Source of the DNA: Candidatus Bathyarchaeota archaeon
GTDB taxonomy: Archaea > Thermoproteota > Bathyarchaeia > Bathyarchaeales > Bathycorpusculaceae
Assembly (NCBI GenBank): GCA_963717465.1
Contig: OY970340.1
Location: 2,240,001-2,304,000, forward strand
Reading direction: 5' to 3'
Length of the DNA: 64,000 nucleotides
This document shows, piece by piece, positions 10,488 to 22,037 of this stretch (positions are counted from its first letter, which is position 1; every line of letters begins with the position of its first letter). The notes beneath the pieces are model-generated. The model was not told the origin of the DNA. It saw only the letters and a program-made list of their open reading frames with translations, and did no database searches. Made by a program: the position numbers and the translations under genes.

Positions 10488-12969
10488 TTATGTCGAAGTG
10501 GTTGCTTTGTTTTTCCGGCGGCGTATTATGCTAACAGTTATTGCACCAACGATGATTATGACGATCACTATGATTACAATCAGAATAGTTGTCTGCGACC
10601 CTGTATTGGTTGCGTTTGCATTTGGTGAGGGCGATGAAGTTGGTGAAGCCGTAGGTGTTGGAGTAGGTGAAGGAGTCGGAGTTGGAGTTGCTGTAGGTTG
10701 GACGGTGGGGCTTGGTGAAGGAGTAGGTGAAGGACTTGATGCACTGACTTCTATTGTGTTGCTTGTTCCGGAGTGGCCGTTGTCATCTGAAGCACTGATC
10801 GTTGCTGAACTAGCTGGCAGAAGGCAAGGTAACTGTGCCTGTCCAGACGCCATCAGTAAATGAACCAGTTGTAGAAGGGTTAATTGATTCTTGGCTGGCA
10901 TTCAAAGTGATAGATCCGGTATAGCTGGTAACGGTGTTTCCTAATGCATCCTCTGCTGTAATTGTAACGTTGAATTCGGTGCCGGCAGTTGCTGTGCTTG
11001 GGGCAGTTACTACGAAGTGATCTAGAGCGCCTGGATTAACGGTTAAGTTAGCTGTGTAAGGTGTTGAATTATATGTTCCGGTAACTGTCCAATTTCCAGC
11101 GTTTTCTGAAGTGTAAACATTGCTGCTCCAGGCACCATTAGCAGAAGAATTGATATTCCAAGTAACTGACCCAGTAACATTCCAGGTGTTGCCGTAATTA
11201 TCGGTAGCTAAAGCTGTGAAAGCCTCAGAGGTTCCAGCCGTAATTGAAGCTGAACTGGGTGTAACGGTTACACTCACCGCGGAAGCATGATTCACTGTTA
11301 GGTTTGCTGTGCCTGAGATTTGGCCGTCAGTGGCTGTAACTGTAAAGGTTCCAGCGTTTTCTGAAGTGTAAACATTGCTGCTCCATAAGCCTCCAGCGGT
11401 GTTGTTTATACTCCAAGTTACTGAAGCAGTGACATTGCCTAAATCGTAACCGTACTGGTCATATGCTTCTGCTGAGAAGGCTTGTGAATCTCCCGCTGTG
11501 ATGTTCGCTGAAGAGGGCGTAATCACGATGGAAGCGACTGCATTCTGAGCGAAGGTTGCAGTGATTGTGTAGTTAGCATAGACAGCGCTAAAAGTGTAAT
11601 TGTTACCATTAATGCTGCTGAGAACTGATTGCCCATCAACTTGAACATCAGCAATGTGATAGCCAGCATCAGGTGTTATAGTGAAATTGGGGGTATCGCC
11701 ATAGTTGACGACGACATTGCCTTGTGGATTAATGTTGCCATCGGAACCGGCAGATGCACTAATGGTGTAATTACTGGGTGCAAAAGCGTATACATTGTCA
11801 TCATATGAGCCCACGTAAAGGGCGTTGTTAGAGATAGCAGGAGAAGAAGTTATAACATTACCAATATTGTAAGTCCAGATTTCATCGCCATTGGAAGCAT
11901 TCAAAGCATACATGTTGCCTTCATTTGAGCCTACGTAAACAACCCCGTTGGCAACTGCAGGAGAAGATTCTTCGCTGTTAAATGTCTGGTAACTCCAAAG
12001 AAAACTGCCAATACTAGAATTCAGGGCATACAGATAGCCATTACCTGAGCCCACATACACAACTCCGTTAGCAACAGCAGGAGAAGAAATGACAGCACCA
12101 CTAGTAGTATAATTCCAAATTTGAGCACCCGTATTAGCATCTAAAGCATATAAATTACCATCATCAGAACCAACATAAACAATGTCATCAACAACAGCAG
12201 GAGAAGAATGGACAGCACCATCAGTAGTATAATTCCAAATTTGAGCACCCGTATTAGCATCTAAAGCATATAAATTACCATCATTTGAGCCAACGTAAAT
12301 AATATCGTTTGCAAAGGCGGGAGACGAAAAGACATTACCGCCCAATGTGCCATGTGAGTAGGTCCATACTGGAGTTCCAGTAGAAGCGTTCAAAGCATAT
12401 ACGTTGCCATTCGATGATCCTGAGTAAACAAGGTTGTTTGCTATGGTGGGGGAAGACCATACTGCTGCACCAGTAGAATAGTTCCAGATTTGAGTTCCGG
12501 AATAAGAAGCTAAAGCATATATATAGCCATCAGTCGAACCAAAATAGACTATACCGCCAGAAACAGCAGGAGAAGATTCGACTGCGCCACCAGTAGTATA
12601 ATTCCAAATTTGAGCACCTGTATTAGCATCTAAAGCATATAAATTACTATCATTAGAACCAACATAAACAATCCCATCTACAATTGCAGGAGAAGATTCG
12701 ACAGAACCACCAGTAGTGTAATTCCAGAGCAAATTACTTGTTAAAGGCCCACTGAAAGTTGAGAATCGGCTGTTTGTTAAGTCATCTCCGAACTTCCACC
12801 AAGTATCAGATTGCATCTGTGCCAAAGGCATAGAAAGTTGTGTTGCGCCCGTCCCGTTTGCGGTCAGGGTTCTATTGTTCAAAACGTTTGTTATAAGTGC
12901 AGAAAAGCAAATCAATAGAAGAGAAACGAGAAACAGTTTCCGAAAACTAATTTTTTTTTTTGATTTCAT
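10488..12969 (-). CDS. Surface protein with PQQ/BamB-type beta-propeller, Ig-like domains, Pro/Thr/Ser linker and C-terminal TM anchor; indel near 10810-10840
   Basis: About 8 repeats of W-x-Y-T-T-G-G-x-V-x-S-S-P-A-V...VYVGS-x-DG-x-LYAL. ORF 10488-10901 supplies the PTPTP linker, the TM helix and RRRK. Confidence 0.85.
11790..12725. repeat. Coding tandem repeat of about 120 bp (propeller blades); several units near-identical at DNA level
   Basis: For example GTATAATTCCAAATTTGAGCACC(C/T)GTATTAGCATCTAAAGCATATAAATTAC at about 12106, 12226 and 12596. Confidence 0.85.
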
Positions 12970-13312
12970 TATTAACCACTCTTGTGACTTTCGCGATATT
13001 TTAGAATCTGCATTAATTTCGACCTTCAAGCTTATAAAAATTACTTGCCCTAAAGCAGCATTCTTTCGGTAGTATGCTTTTAAGAATGCAACGTTTGAGA
13101 TATAATGCTCTTGTACAAGAGTATAACATCAAGATCTATCAATTGTGACATTACTTGAAGTTGTTTTTCATTTTGTTATTTCTCTATGTACTATATTTGG
13201 CGTAGCAAATGTTTGGGTATAGCGGACAATTTTAATAAACCTATGTGGTTAGCGTAAGTATGTTTGTGCGCTAGCTCATGAAATAATTCAAAAAACGTCA
13301 GTAAAATTTCAA

Positions 13313-16300
13313 TTAGCTATCTGATTTTATTGTAGTGCGCTCGATGATGGCTCGTTTGTTCATGCTTCCTCGTTTAAGCAGAAAGATTGAGATCAGTAGT
13401 ATGATTGTTATGATTACGACTGCAACTATGACAATGTAGAGGCTTGGGCTGATTAGACTAACTGCAATCGCTTTACTCGTAACAGTATGGCCGCTATTCT
13501 CGTTCAAAGTGATCGCCACCGAACCAGCATGAGTTAAAGTTACCGAGCCTACCCAAACTCCAGAGATAAAAGACCCGGATGTCGATGGACTAACCGATCC
13601 AGGATTAGCACTTAAAGAAACAGTACCAGCAAAGCTAGTAACTGTGTTCCCATAGGCATCTACAGCTGTAATAGTAATACTGAATGAGCTGTCAGCAGTT
13701 GCAGAACTTGGAACATTAATCACAAAATGATTGAGAGGACCCGAATTAACAGTTAAAATAGCCGCATTCGATGTTAGATTACCGTAACTTGCTGTGACAA
13801 TGTAGAAGCCAGCCGAAGTCGTAGACACGTTGTTTCCAGTAACTGAAGCACTAGGAGCACTGTAATTAGCTGAGATACTGCCTAAACTATTACCATACTG
13901 GTCATAGGCAGTAGTATTGTAGCTCTGAGAATGACCCGCTATAATAATCGCCGAGGACGGGCTAATCATTATGTAATCTAGAGGAGCAACTGTAACTGTT
14001 AAATTAGTTGATGCGGTCTTACCACTGTAGTTTGCAGTAATCGTGTAAGAACCAACCAAAGTCTCAGATACAGAGTTTCCAGTGATGCCAACGCCATTGA
14101 CACTGTAAGAGGCGGTAACGGCGCCCAAATCATTGCCATACTGATCAAACCCTTCAGCAGAATAAGCCTTAGAACCACCCGCAACGATACTTGCCCCAAG
14201 TGGGCTAATCGTTATGTGATCCAAAGCACCCGGAGCGACTGCAAATGTGTTACTTGTACCATTGATAGATCCATCAGCTACGCCTAAAGCAACGTTGGTG
14301 CCCGCAGCGTCCACCGTAATGGAACCTGTCCAAACACCGTTTGAGAAACCACCAATGGCAGAAGAGGGAGAGATAGACCCAGCAGAGTAACTCAAAGTGG
14401 GAGTGCCATTGTACATTGTAACCGTGTTCCCGTTAGCATCCACAGCTGTAATGGTTACACTAAATGAAGCGCCTGCAACCTGAGAACCAACATAAGTAAA
14501 CAAGAAGCGATTCAACGCAGTAGGCAAAAAGTTTGCTGTAATAATGCCAGATCCGTTAATAGTTACCGACGTGGAAGCTAAAAATGAATTTGCAACTGTT
14601 CCAGCAGTGCTTGACCAAGACGAGAAAGAGTAGTTTCTGCTTGCTGTAGCGATTAGGCTTAGAGAACCAGCAGTCTCCCACACATTGGTGCCAGTAGGAG
14701 ATATTGATCCGCTTCCAGAAGGATTAACAGCAAACGTCACAAGATACTGATGATAATACACCGGATCTATGACGATGGCTCCAGTTACATAACCGGATAC
14801 TCCGGAAGTTGCGTTCCACTGCTCATTTGTTAGAGAACCTGGAATCGGATTAAGGATCCACCAGAATGTGCCTGCGTCCAACCAAGTTGTCTGACTTGAA
14901 GTAGTGAGAGCCAAAGCGTAGTTGTTAGAGCCATACTGTGTTCCATACAAGATAACGCTTGAGGTCGGGGTGGAGCTATCAGACGTGGAGTAACTTGCAG
15001 TAACCAGAAACTGTCGGTAGTAAGTGAAGGTTAGTGAACCGCCAGCAATAGTAGGCGATGAAGCTCCAACTGCGTCCGAAATAGTCTGAGATGAATTCCA
15101 CTGTTCGTTGGATCCAGATCCTCCTAGAGGATTAGTAACACTCCAGCTTTGACCACTATCAAGCCAGTAAGTAACTAAGCTTGTAGTAAGTGTAGGCGTA
15201 TAGGCCGAGCCAAACTGTATAGAAGTCAGAGTTGGTGCAGCGTATCCCGAGCCTCCTGAGGCAGCATAATCAAGCTGGAAAGAATACTGATGGTAATAGG
15301 TTATGGTTATTGTGGTTGAGGTGTTTGCGGTTCCTGTTGCGCTGCTTGTATCCCATCGTTCGCTGGCGCCTGATCCGGAAAGCAGGTTCGTGTAAGTGTA
15401 CGTTGTGCCCGCATCGACCCAGACCGGTGAGCCACCGCTTGTTACCGCAGTCACAGTGTTGCCACTACTACCAAACTGAGTATAAGTCACCGTGGGCGCA
15501 GCAGGTGAACCACCACCAGAAACAGAATACAGGAAAGTAATCGAGTATTGGTTGTAGTAGGTGAGAGCTGTGGTTTGTGTGGTTGAGACTGTTCCACTGG
15601 TGGTTTGCGTTGTGTACCATCTTTCATTGCTTGATGAGCCTGATAGTTGGTTGGTAATGGACCAGGAGTCTCCGTTGTCAAGCCAGTAGGCGGTTGGTGT
15701 TCCTGTTAAGGTTGGTGTGTATGCGCCACCGAATTGTGTTGATATTAGGGTTGGTGCGGAGTATCCTGAGCCTCCTCCTGAGACAGAGTAACTTAGCGTG
15801 AAACTATATTGGTTGTAGTAGGTGAAAACCGTGGTTTGTGTGGCTGATACTGTTCCACTGGTGGTTTGTGTTGTATCCCATCTTTCGCTGCTCGATGAGC
15901 CTGAGAGTGAGCTGGTGATGGACCATGAAGCGCCATTATCAAGCCAATAATCAGTTGCTGTGGTTGTTAGGGTTGGTGTGTATGAGCTTCCGAATTGTGT
16001 TGATATTAGGGTTGGTGCGGAGTATTCTGAGCCTCCTCCTGAGACAGAGTAACTTAGCGTGAAACTGTATTGGTGATAATATGTAGGATCAGCTGACACG
16101 AAACCAGACATAACAGATGGAATTACGGTGTCAGTGCCGTTGTCAGATGGATTAATCATGAACTGTTCATTGCTAGAAACCCCAATCCCAATTGGAGACG
16201 TATAGTTGACAGATGTACCTGCATCAACCCAGTCGCTTGATACAGGTGTAAGTGTGCTAGAATTTATGAGGACGCCGTCATTGTCGGTTGATAAGTATAT

Positions 16301-17035
16301 TGTGTTGCCAAACTGCTGGTAAGAAACCAAGTCAGATTGGCTTGCAAGTATGGATAGGTCATTGGTTGAGTAAGCGAAGGTTACGAGGAATTGGTGGGTA
16401 TAGTTGAAAGCGATTGTTTGGTCTTCGGTAGCATTGCCAGAAGGGGTTGGGGTGTTCCATTGCTCGGTGGTTGATCCGATATTGTTATCTACCGACCAAG
16501 TTGTGCCTGTTGAAACTTGGAGGCCTGTGGGCGTTGTGGTTAAATTGTACGTTTCGGGGTTGTCTTCTGGGTCCGTGTAGTAGAATACTGGCTGGGTTGG
16601 GGGTAGTTCTTTATCGCCTTGAACTTGATAGCTGACTGTCAGTGTTACGTATGAGCCTTGGTCTTTGAATGTTGTTTTGGCGGTGTCTGCTCCGTCTGTG
16701 GCGGTTATGCTGTAGAGGGGTGCGCCTTCCTTGTCAATTTGGTAGGTTGTTGTGAAGTTGCCGTTCGTGTTGGAGGTTGTAGTCCATGTTGTAGTTGTGC
16801 TGTCTGAGTTTTTTGTGACGTTTATGGTTACGTTTGTGTTAGGAAGGAAACCTGTTCCGTATATAATTACCGTTTCTCCAGGATGGTAATCAGCTTTATT
16901 AGTCCATACTGCCGCCGAGTAAGCAGCTGACTTAAGTGGAACTGACGAGACAACGCTCGCTTTAGCACACCCAATTATGGTAACAAGAACCAGCGTGACG
17001 AATAATATCGTGATTATTATTTTCAGCTTGTTCAT
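13313..17035 (-). CDS. Large modular cell-surface glycoprotein, paralog of 3485-7980
   Basis: Signal peptide MNKLKIIITILF..., WTNKADYHPGE domain, repeats delimited by YY(H/N)QY, Ig-like repeats, C-terminal TM followed by KR. Confidence 0.85.
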   Translation of the reverse strand: MNKLKIIITILFVTLVLVTIIGCAKASVVSSVPLKSAAYSAAVWTNKADYHPGETVIIYGTGFLPNTNVTINVTKNSDSTTTTWTTTSNTNGNFTTTYQIDKEGAPLYSITATDGADTAKTTFKDQGSYVTLTVSYQVQGDKELPPTQPVFYYTDPEDNPETYNLTTTPTGLQVSTGTTWSVDNNIGSTTEQWNTPTPSGNATEDQTIAFNYTHQFLVTFAYSTNDLSILASQSDLVSYQQFGNTIYLSTDNDGVLINSSTLTPVSSDWVDAGTSVNYTSPIGIGVSSNEQFMINPSDNGTDTVIPSVMSGFVSADPTYYHQYSFTLSYSVSGGGSEYSAPTLISTQFGSSYTPTLTTTATDYWLDNGASWSITSSLSGSSSSERWDTTQTTSGTVSATQTTVFTYYNQYSFTLSYSVSGGGSGYSAPTLISTQFGGAYTPTLTGTPTAYWLDNGDSWSITNQLSGSSSNERWYTTQTTSGTVSTTQTTALTYYNQYSITFLYSVSGGGSPAAPTVTYTQFGSSGNTVTAVTSGGSPVWVDAGTTYTYTNLLSGSGASERWDTSSATGTANTSTTITITYYHQYSFQLDYAASGGSGYAAPTLTSIQFGSAYTPTLTTSLVTYWLDSGQSWSVTNPLGGSGSNEQWNSSQTISDAVGASSPTIAGGSLTFTYYRQFLVTASYSTSDSSTPTSSVILYGTQYGSNNYALALTTSSQTTWLDAGTFWWILNPIPGSLTNEQWNATSGVSGYVTGAIVIDPVYYHQYLVTFAVNPSGSGSISPTGTNVWETAGSLSLIATASRNYSFSSWSSTAGTVANSFLASTSVTINGSGIITANFLPTALNRFLFTYVGSQVAGASFSVTITAVDANGNTVTMYNGTPTLSYSAGSISPSSAIGGFSNGVWTGSITVDAAGTNVALGVADGSINGTSNTFAVAPGALDHITISPLGASIVAGGSKAYSAEGFDQYGNDLGAVTASYSVNGVGITGNSVSETLVGSYTITANYSGKTASTNLTVTVAPLDYIMISPSSAIIIAGHSQSYNTTAYDQYGNSLGSISANYSAPSASVTGNNVSTTSAGFYIVTASYGNLTSNAAILTVNSGPLNHFVINVPSSATADSSFSITITAVDAYGNTVTSFAGTVSLSANPGSVSPSTSGSFISGVWVGSVTLTHAGSVAITLNENSGHTVTSKAIAVSLISPSLYIVIVAVVIITIILLISIFLLKRGSMNKRAIIERTTIKSDS
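15545..16080. repeat. Coding tandem duplication of about 260 bp (YSVSGGGSxYSAPTLISTQFG...TTQTTSGTVS unit)
   Basis: Two near-identical adjacent DNA units, with more diverged units on the flank. Confidence 0.8.
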
Positions 17036-17204
17036 TGATTTTAACCTCTGCTTTCCCTTTCCTTGACTTGAAGTCATTTCCATTTTTTCACGAATTTCTC
17101 GAACATAAACGGAGAATTGTAACATTTGGTTAATTGTTATAAGCTGTCAAGTAACTTATTCATCTTTGCGTTTATTCAGTTGCTCCATGAAAGGGGCAAA
17201 TTTT

Positions 17205-17645
17205 TTAATTGACTGTTTTTGCAGTATATTTATATTGGTTATAAATTGCGACACTGGCAAACCCTATCGAAATTGCTGATAAGATAACAATAATAGGCAT
17301 ATCGGATAACCCCAACGGAGTAAAATTGCAGATTAATGCTACCAAAATTACCAAAATGATACTCAGTGCAACACTTAAGGTAATTGTTTCGATGCTTCCG
17401 ACTGGTTTTCTTGAAAAAAGCGCTTTCACAAAACAGAACCCAGGCACCCAGAAGAGCATACTCAAACCAGCTATCCATCTTACGATTACTAAAGGAAAAC
17501 TTGCGGGTGATATTAGTAACATGGAGACAATTGATACCGCGCTTGATAATAGCACGCCTAGAAACCACACAAACGAATTTTCAGAGACACGTTGCTTAGG
17601 CTTCATGTTTTTTTTCTCAAATGAACCCAATCTTAACATCGCCAT
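17205..17645 (-). CDS. DUF1616-like membrane protein (N-terminal TM part)
   Basis: Four TM helices; R-x6-LFWVPGFCFVKALF and E-x3-LSVALSI match the DUF1616 pattern seen in archaeal glycosylation loci. Confidence 0.7.
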   Translation of the reverse strand: MAMLRLGSFEKKNMKPKQRVSENSFVWFLGVLLSSAVSIVSMLLISPASFPLVIVRWIAGLSMLFWVPGFCFVKALFSRKPVGSIETITLSVALSIILVILVALICNFTPLGLSDMPIIVILSAISIGFASVAIYNQYKYTAKTVN

Positions 17646-17759
17646 TACTTTGTGAAGGAAGATTTATCACATTTTGCATGTTACAAACCATGATTTTGAT
17701 ATAAACCATGATGCTCTCTCACTCTTATTTGTTGGCATTATATTTGCTAAGAATTTTGA

Positions 17760-18314
17760 TCATGTTGCTACGGTAAGGAATGGGGAGGATACCCATGTGT
17801 TAGTGAAAACATACGTATTATTCGAGGTGTTGAAAGCCCAAAGGTCGAATCTAAACTGGAAAAGCAAATTTTGATTGTATTGGTTTTGTGAAACCTGCAC
17901 TTGATCGTTGTTAAATAAAATTTGCAGAGTTTGATTATTGTTTAAATTGTTATTTATTTGATAAGTGAAATTTTTTGCCCAAATGCCATTGCTACTTATA
18001 TAAAACGTGTAGTTGCTAAGCGCCATGGAATTTAACGAGTTAAAAGAAGAATTTAAAACTAACAATTCAACATTTAATGTACATAGTTGGGTGTTGCCCA
18101 TCGAATTTTGAACTGTTATTGAAAGATCATTGTTTTGACCTGAAGTTACGTTTAACTCTGCAGGTAAAATAGCTCCGTCGGGGCTGGTTAGTGATAGTTG
18201 GAAAAAAGCGGTTTTTTGTGGTGTGATGCTATAGATGTAAATGCATGATGCTAGCAGTATTGTTGAGCAAATGGCTATTACTGCTGCCAGGCGTATTTCT
18301 TCTTTGTTAAGCAT
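17760..18314 (-). CDS. Membrane-anchored protein resembling the DUF1616 C-terminal extracellular domain
   Basis: N-terminal TM, then FFQLSL, ITVQNSMG and LFQFRFDLW; Asn-rich. Confidence 0.55.
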   Translation of the reverse strand: MLNKEEIRLAAVIAICSTILLASCIYIYSITPQKTAFFQLSLTSPDGAILPAELNVTSGQNNDLSITVQNSMGNTQLCTLNVELLVLNSSFNSLNSMALSNYTFYISSNGIWAKNFTYQINNNLNNNQTLQILFNNDQVQVSQNQYNQNLLFQFRFDLWAFNTSNNTYVFTNTWVSSPFLTVAT

Positions 18315-18509
18315 TTCCTTATCTCTTTGGTTTAGCTTATTTGAAAGTTCTTATTAAGCGAAAGATTTGAGCTTCAGTAAATGTTAACCTCTTATTTAAG
18401 GAGATTTAGTCCAATGCGTATATGTGTCTAACAGATGTTACTAAAAGCTTATAGGCAGTAAGAGTTTTATTTGCAGTCAGGTTAGTAAGACTTGTTAGGG
18501 ATTGCGCGT

Positions 18510-20552
18510 ATGAAGAAACCGAGAATGGCCACTTTAATTCTTGTTCTTGCTTCGTGTTTACTCGTTATATTAATTACATGTGCGTTAGCAGCGACAATAT
18601 CATCAGTGACTATTCAAACATCAGGTTCGGTTACAAGTGCCACCAGTACCAATATAACTTTTGTTCAAGGCAACGCAAAAGGGTATACTGCTAGCTATGG
18701 CACCTCAATTTCTGTCGCTATGGGGAGCGCTCCAACAAGAGGCGACGTGCTTATTGCGGTTATTGGCACGGATTCAGCGTACATGGGTGAGTTTTGTCCT
18801 GTTTCAAGCATAGTTCAAACTGGCGTGACATGGACTAAAGAGTTAAACAGCACCTATGTCTCGTCTGGCACGTATTATTTAGATGTTGAAATATGGGCTG
18901 GAATTGTTAGTTCTGGGGCTTCGACTAATCTAACAGTTAATTTGTCAGTTGGTCCGAGTTTCGGAGCAGTTGCTGACGTATGCGAATTTAGTGGTTTAAG
19001 TGGCGTGGTTGATAAAACTGCGGTAAATGGTGGTTCTGGAACTACTACGAACACGGGAACAACAGCAACTACTTCGCAATCTAAAGAGCTGTGGATTGGG
19101 GGTATATCAGCTTATTACACTTCACAAGCATCGCCTACTAATGGGTTTACGCTCTTTGACGGAGCGACACAACCCAATTTGTCTGTTAGTTACCTTGAAA
19201 AGAATGTTTCTTCTACTGGCGCAGCTAATTCAGGAACCACTATAAGTTCGAGCGGGACTTGGGCAGGTTGCATCGCAACTTTTCTAGCAGGTACGCCAGT
19301 TCTTGGTGTTGGCTCAAGCGCAAACATTCTTTGCGGGCAGTTAAGCAGCGGTACATATTTTATGGATAGCGGAACGTACGTTTATGGAACGTCAGCTTCA
19401 TCTGTGATTGATAGCGCTATTTCCCAAGTTAGCGCTCTCGGCAATGGTCACGTTATATTGATTAATGGAACATGGGTTTTGACAACACCAATTGTTGCCC
19501 AAAGCAATGTAAATCTTACTTGCTACTCAGGTGTTACGATCTGTCAAAATACGCCTTCATCGCTCAGCAATAGCATATCATTGTTGCTTGGCACTAATGG
19601 TGGGATAAGCAACTTTGTTGTAGACGGGGGAACATGGAACGGCAATAAAGGCAGTTTAACTGATCATAGAGGCTCGAGTACATGGAGTGGAAACTTCTTC
19701 AGTTACATGGGAATAGGCTTTGACAGCAGCACCCAATCTGTGAACATCACAATAGAAAACTTGACACTGGAAAATGTGATTGGGCAAGGTATTGACTTGG
19801 CCGAGTGCTATAATGCGTTGGTTTACAACTGTACTGTGATAAATGCCGGTGATAACCCTATCACGCTGGACACTTCGTCTTCTAATAGCGTTGTAGAATA
19901 TTGCACTGTAGTTGGTGGTCAAGATGTCGGAATAAACACTTGGGAAGCCTCAAATTGCACACTTCAATATAACACGGTCTCTAATGTTACACAATATTCA
20001 GGAGCAAGCCATTGGGGAATAGCTGCTGAACAGAGCCAATACGTGAACATTCTAAACAACACAGTTTCCGGTTGCGAATACAACATCGAATCAACATCTA
20101 ACAACACCCTCGTATATGGCAATATTGTCAATGGTCAAGGATACTCGAATTTTGGAATCCAAATCGCAACGGCATGTAACAATATTGTAAGTTTCAACAC
20201 CGTGTCTGGATGCACCAATGCCTTTGGTACATATACGGCCATCACTCAAACATTAAACCTGACGCTTCAAGGCAACATCGGTTTTTCAGGATACTACACT
20301 TTAAATTTAACTCTTGCAGGCTCGGGAAGCGGCACAGTTTCAGAATCTAACGCGTGGTGCAATCAAGGTTTAGCCTCAATCAGCGGCAACAACTGGCAGT
20401 TCCCAACAGGGACAACCATAGTGTTAACGGCGACCTCCGCTTCAGGTTCAACATTTGAATACTTCATGCTAACTAACAGCACGACTACAACAAGCAATCC
20501 ATTAGGTATAGTTATCAATGGAAACATGACAATAACTGCTTACTTCCAGTAA
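18510..20552 (+). CDS. Secreted protein with a right-handed parallel beta-helix (pectin-lyase/NosD-like) domain
   Basis: Signal peptide; repeats such as N-x-T-I-x-N...G-I and NNTVSG; many sequons. Confidence 0.72.
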   Translation: MKKPRMATLILVLASCLLVILITCALAATISSVTIQTSGSVTSATSTNITFVQGNAKGYTASYGTSISVAMGSAPTRGDVLIAVIGTDSAYMGEFCPVSSIVQTGVTWTKELNSTYVSSGTYYLDVEIWAGIVSSGASTNLTVNLSVGPSFGAVADVCEFSGLSGVVDKTAVNGGSGTTTNTGTTATTSQSKELWIGGISAYYTSQASPTNGFTLFDGATQPNLSVSYLEKNVSSTGAANSGTTISSSGTWAGCIATFLAGTPVLGVGSSANILCGQLSSGTYFMDSGTYVYGTSASSVIDSAISQVSALGNGHVILINGTWVLTTPIVAQSNVNLTCYSGVTICQNTPSSLSNSISLLLGTNGGISNFVVDGGTWNGNKGSLTDHRGSSTWSGNFFSYMGIGFDSSTQSVNITIENLTLENVIGQGIDLAECYNALVYNCTVINAGDNPITLDTSSSNSVVEYCTVVGGQDVGINTWEASNCTLQYNTVSNVTQYSGASHWGIAAEQSQYVNILNNTVSGCEYNIESTSNNTLVYGNIVNGQGYSNFGIQIATACNNIVSFNTVSGCTNAFGTYTAITQTLNLTLQGNIGFSGYYTLNLTLAGSGSGTVSESNAWCNQGLASISGNNWQFPTGTTIVLTATSASGSTFEYFMLTNSTTTTSNPLGIVINGNMTITAYFQ

Positions 20553-20786
20553 TCGTACCAACCCTCAATCCTACACCAATACCCTAGCTTTCCCATATTT
20601 GTTCAAAAACATGCTAGCGAGCCCGAACAAATCTAGAAAAACCAATCTCAGAAACACAGAGATTAAATTAACCCAAATAATAGGTAAAATCTTTTTCTTG
20701 AACTAAAACTAAACTGGAAAAAACACTTCTGATCATCAGCCTCTCAGTAAAACCCATAAGTCCTGAAAAGTTTTCACCATTTTTAA

Positions 20787-21995
20787 CTATTCAATCATCA
20801 AATTATAGATTTGCGCTTCCCTTTTTGCGACTTCTTCCCAATCGTATTTTTTAACGAAATCCCGTGCAATCAGACCCAATTTTTTTCTCTCCTCTGTATT
20901 TTGGATTAGCCTCAAAGTTTCAGTGATCATCTGATTGACGTTTCCTTCCTCACAACGCCGAACTGCTTCACAATCAAAAAGCTCTTTAAAAGCCGGCAAG
21001 TCGTAGCATATGACTGGCAAGCCGCAGGCTAGTGCTTCGCCTACTGCAATGCCCCATCCTTCTTGGTGACTTGGAAATATGAAAATCTTGCTGCTTTTCA
21101 TCAGTTCAAATTTCTTTTCTTCATCAACGTAACCAAACACCATTATATTTTTCTCCATCTTTTTCTTATGGATCGCTTCTTTGAGATTTCTCATTATTTT
21201 TGGCTCTCCTTCACCCACAAAAGCAAATTTTGCTTTATTATCCTTGCTGCAAACTGCCTCGAAAACGCTCAGGGCTTCAAAGACCCCCTTGTTGTGAACG
21301 AGTCTTCCAACGAAAATACCGTCGAAAAGTAAACTATCAGTTTGTACATCATCGATTTGACTATTGTCTACTCCATTTCCGCAAACGAAGATCTTGGACT
21401 TTACACCCAAACTGCGCAAGCTTTCTTGAGTAGAAGAGCTAACAGATATAATTTGGGCATTATTATAAATGTGGAGAAGCAATTTCTTATCAAGTGCAAA
21501 ATGCGCATTGTAATAAAATTCTATGAGGCGTATTTTGAGTGATTCTGAGGCTAACCAGCCATGGTTCTGTTTTTCCCAATCTATATGGTGAACAACTGCT
21601 GCCAAAGGTACTTTCGTCGAACGACTTGTTAGGTAGGCAGCGAGACACATTTCTATGGTTTCACTGGGCGAGAGAATTAAGTCAAAATGTTCATTTTCAG
21701 CCAATTCTTTTGCCATATTAGCCATTTTAAGTGCAACTAACCAAGGTTCAGTTAGTCTGGAATTCCTTAGTTTGAAAGCAGGGGTTTTGAATTCCTGATA
21801 ACGATTGTATGACCTTTTATCTGCACTAAAATAACTTGGGAAACTTTCAACTATCACAAACTCCACATTGTACTTTCTTACCCGTTTGGCGATTTCCAAC
21901 AGTCGCCTGTAGCCACCAGTCAGAACATGGGTAGGTTTGAAAGGAAGAATGCCTTCAAGCCCTGGATCATGATAGAAGAAAACAAGAACTTTCAT
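20787..21995 (-). CDS. GT4 family glycosyltransferase
   Basis: FVGRLVHNKG and FPSHQEGWGIAVGEALACGLPVI (EX7E). Confidence 0.9.
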   Translation of the reverse strand: MKVLVFFYHDPGLEGILPFKPTHVLTGGYRRLLEIAKRVRKYNVEFVIVESFPSYFSADKRSYNRYQEFKTPAFKLRNSRLTEPWLVALKMANMAKELAENEHFDLILSPSETIEMCLAAYLTSRSTKVPLAAVVHHIDWEKQNHGWLASESLKIRLIEFYYNAHFALDKKLLLHIYNNAQIISVSSSTQESLRSLGVKSKIFVCGNGVDNSQIDDVQTDSLLFDGIFVGRLVHNKGVFEALSVFEAVCSKDNKAKFAFVGEGEPKIMRNLKEAIHKKKMEKNIMVFGYVDEEKKFELMKSSKIFIFPSHQEGWGIAVGEALACGLPVICYDLPAFKELFDCEAVRRCEEGNVNQMITETLRLIQNTEERKKLGLIARDFVKKYDWEEVAKREAQIYNLMIE

Positions 21996-22037
21996 AATAT
22001 TTTTACCGAACTTATAACTTAAGTTGTAACAAGATTC

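Noticed and set aside
10459..10863. Val/Gly-rich ORF (likewise 41658-42029)
   Set aside because: Antisense shadows of Pro/Thr/Ser linkers.
11790..12725. Regular repeats of about 120 bp as a possible CRISPR array
   Set aside because: They are in-frame coding propeller blades with no unique spacers, and no cas genes are present.
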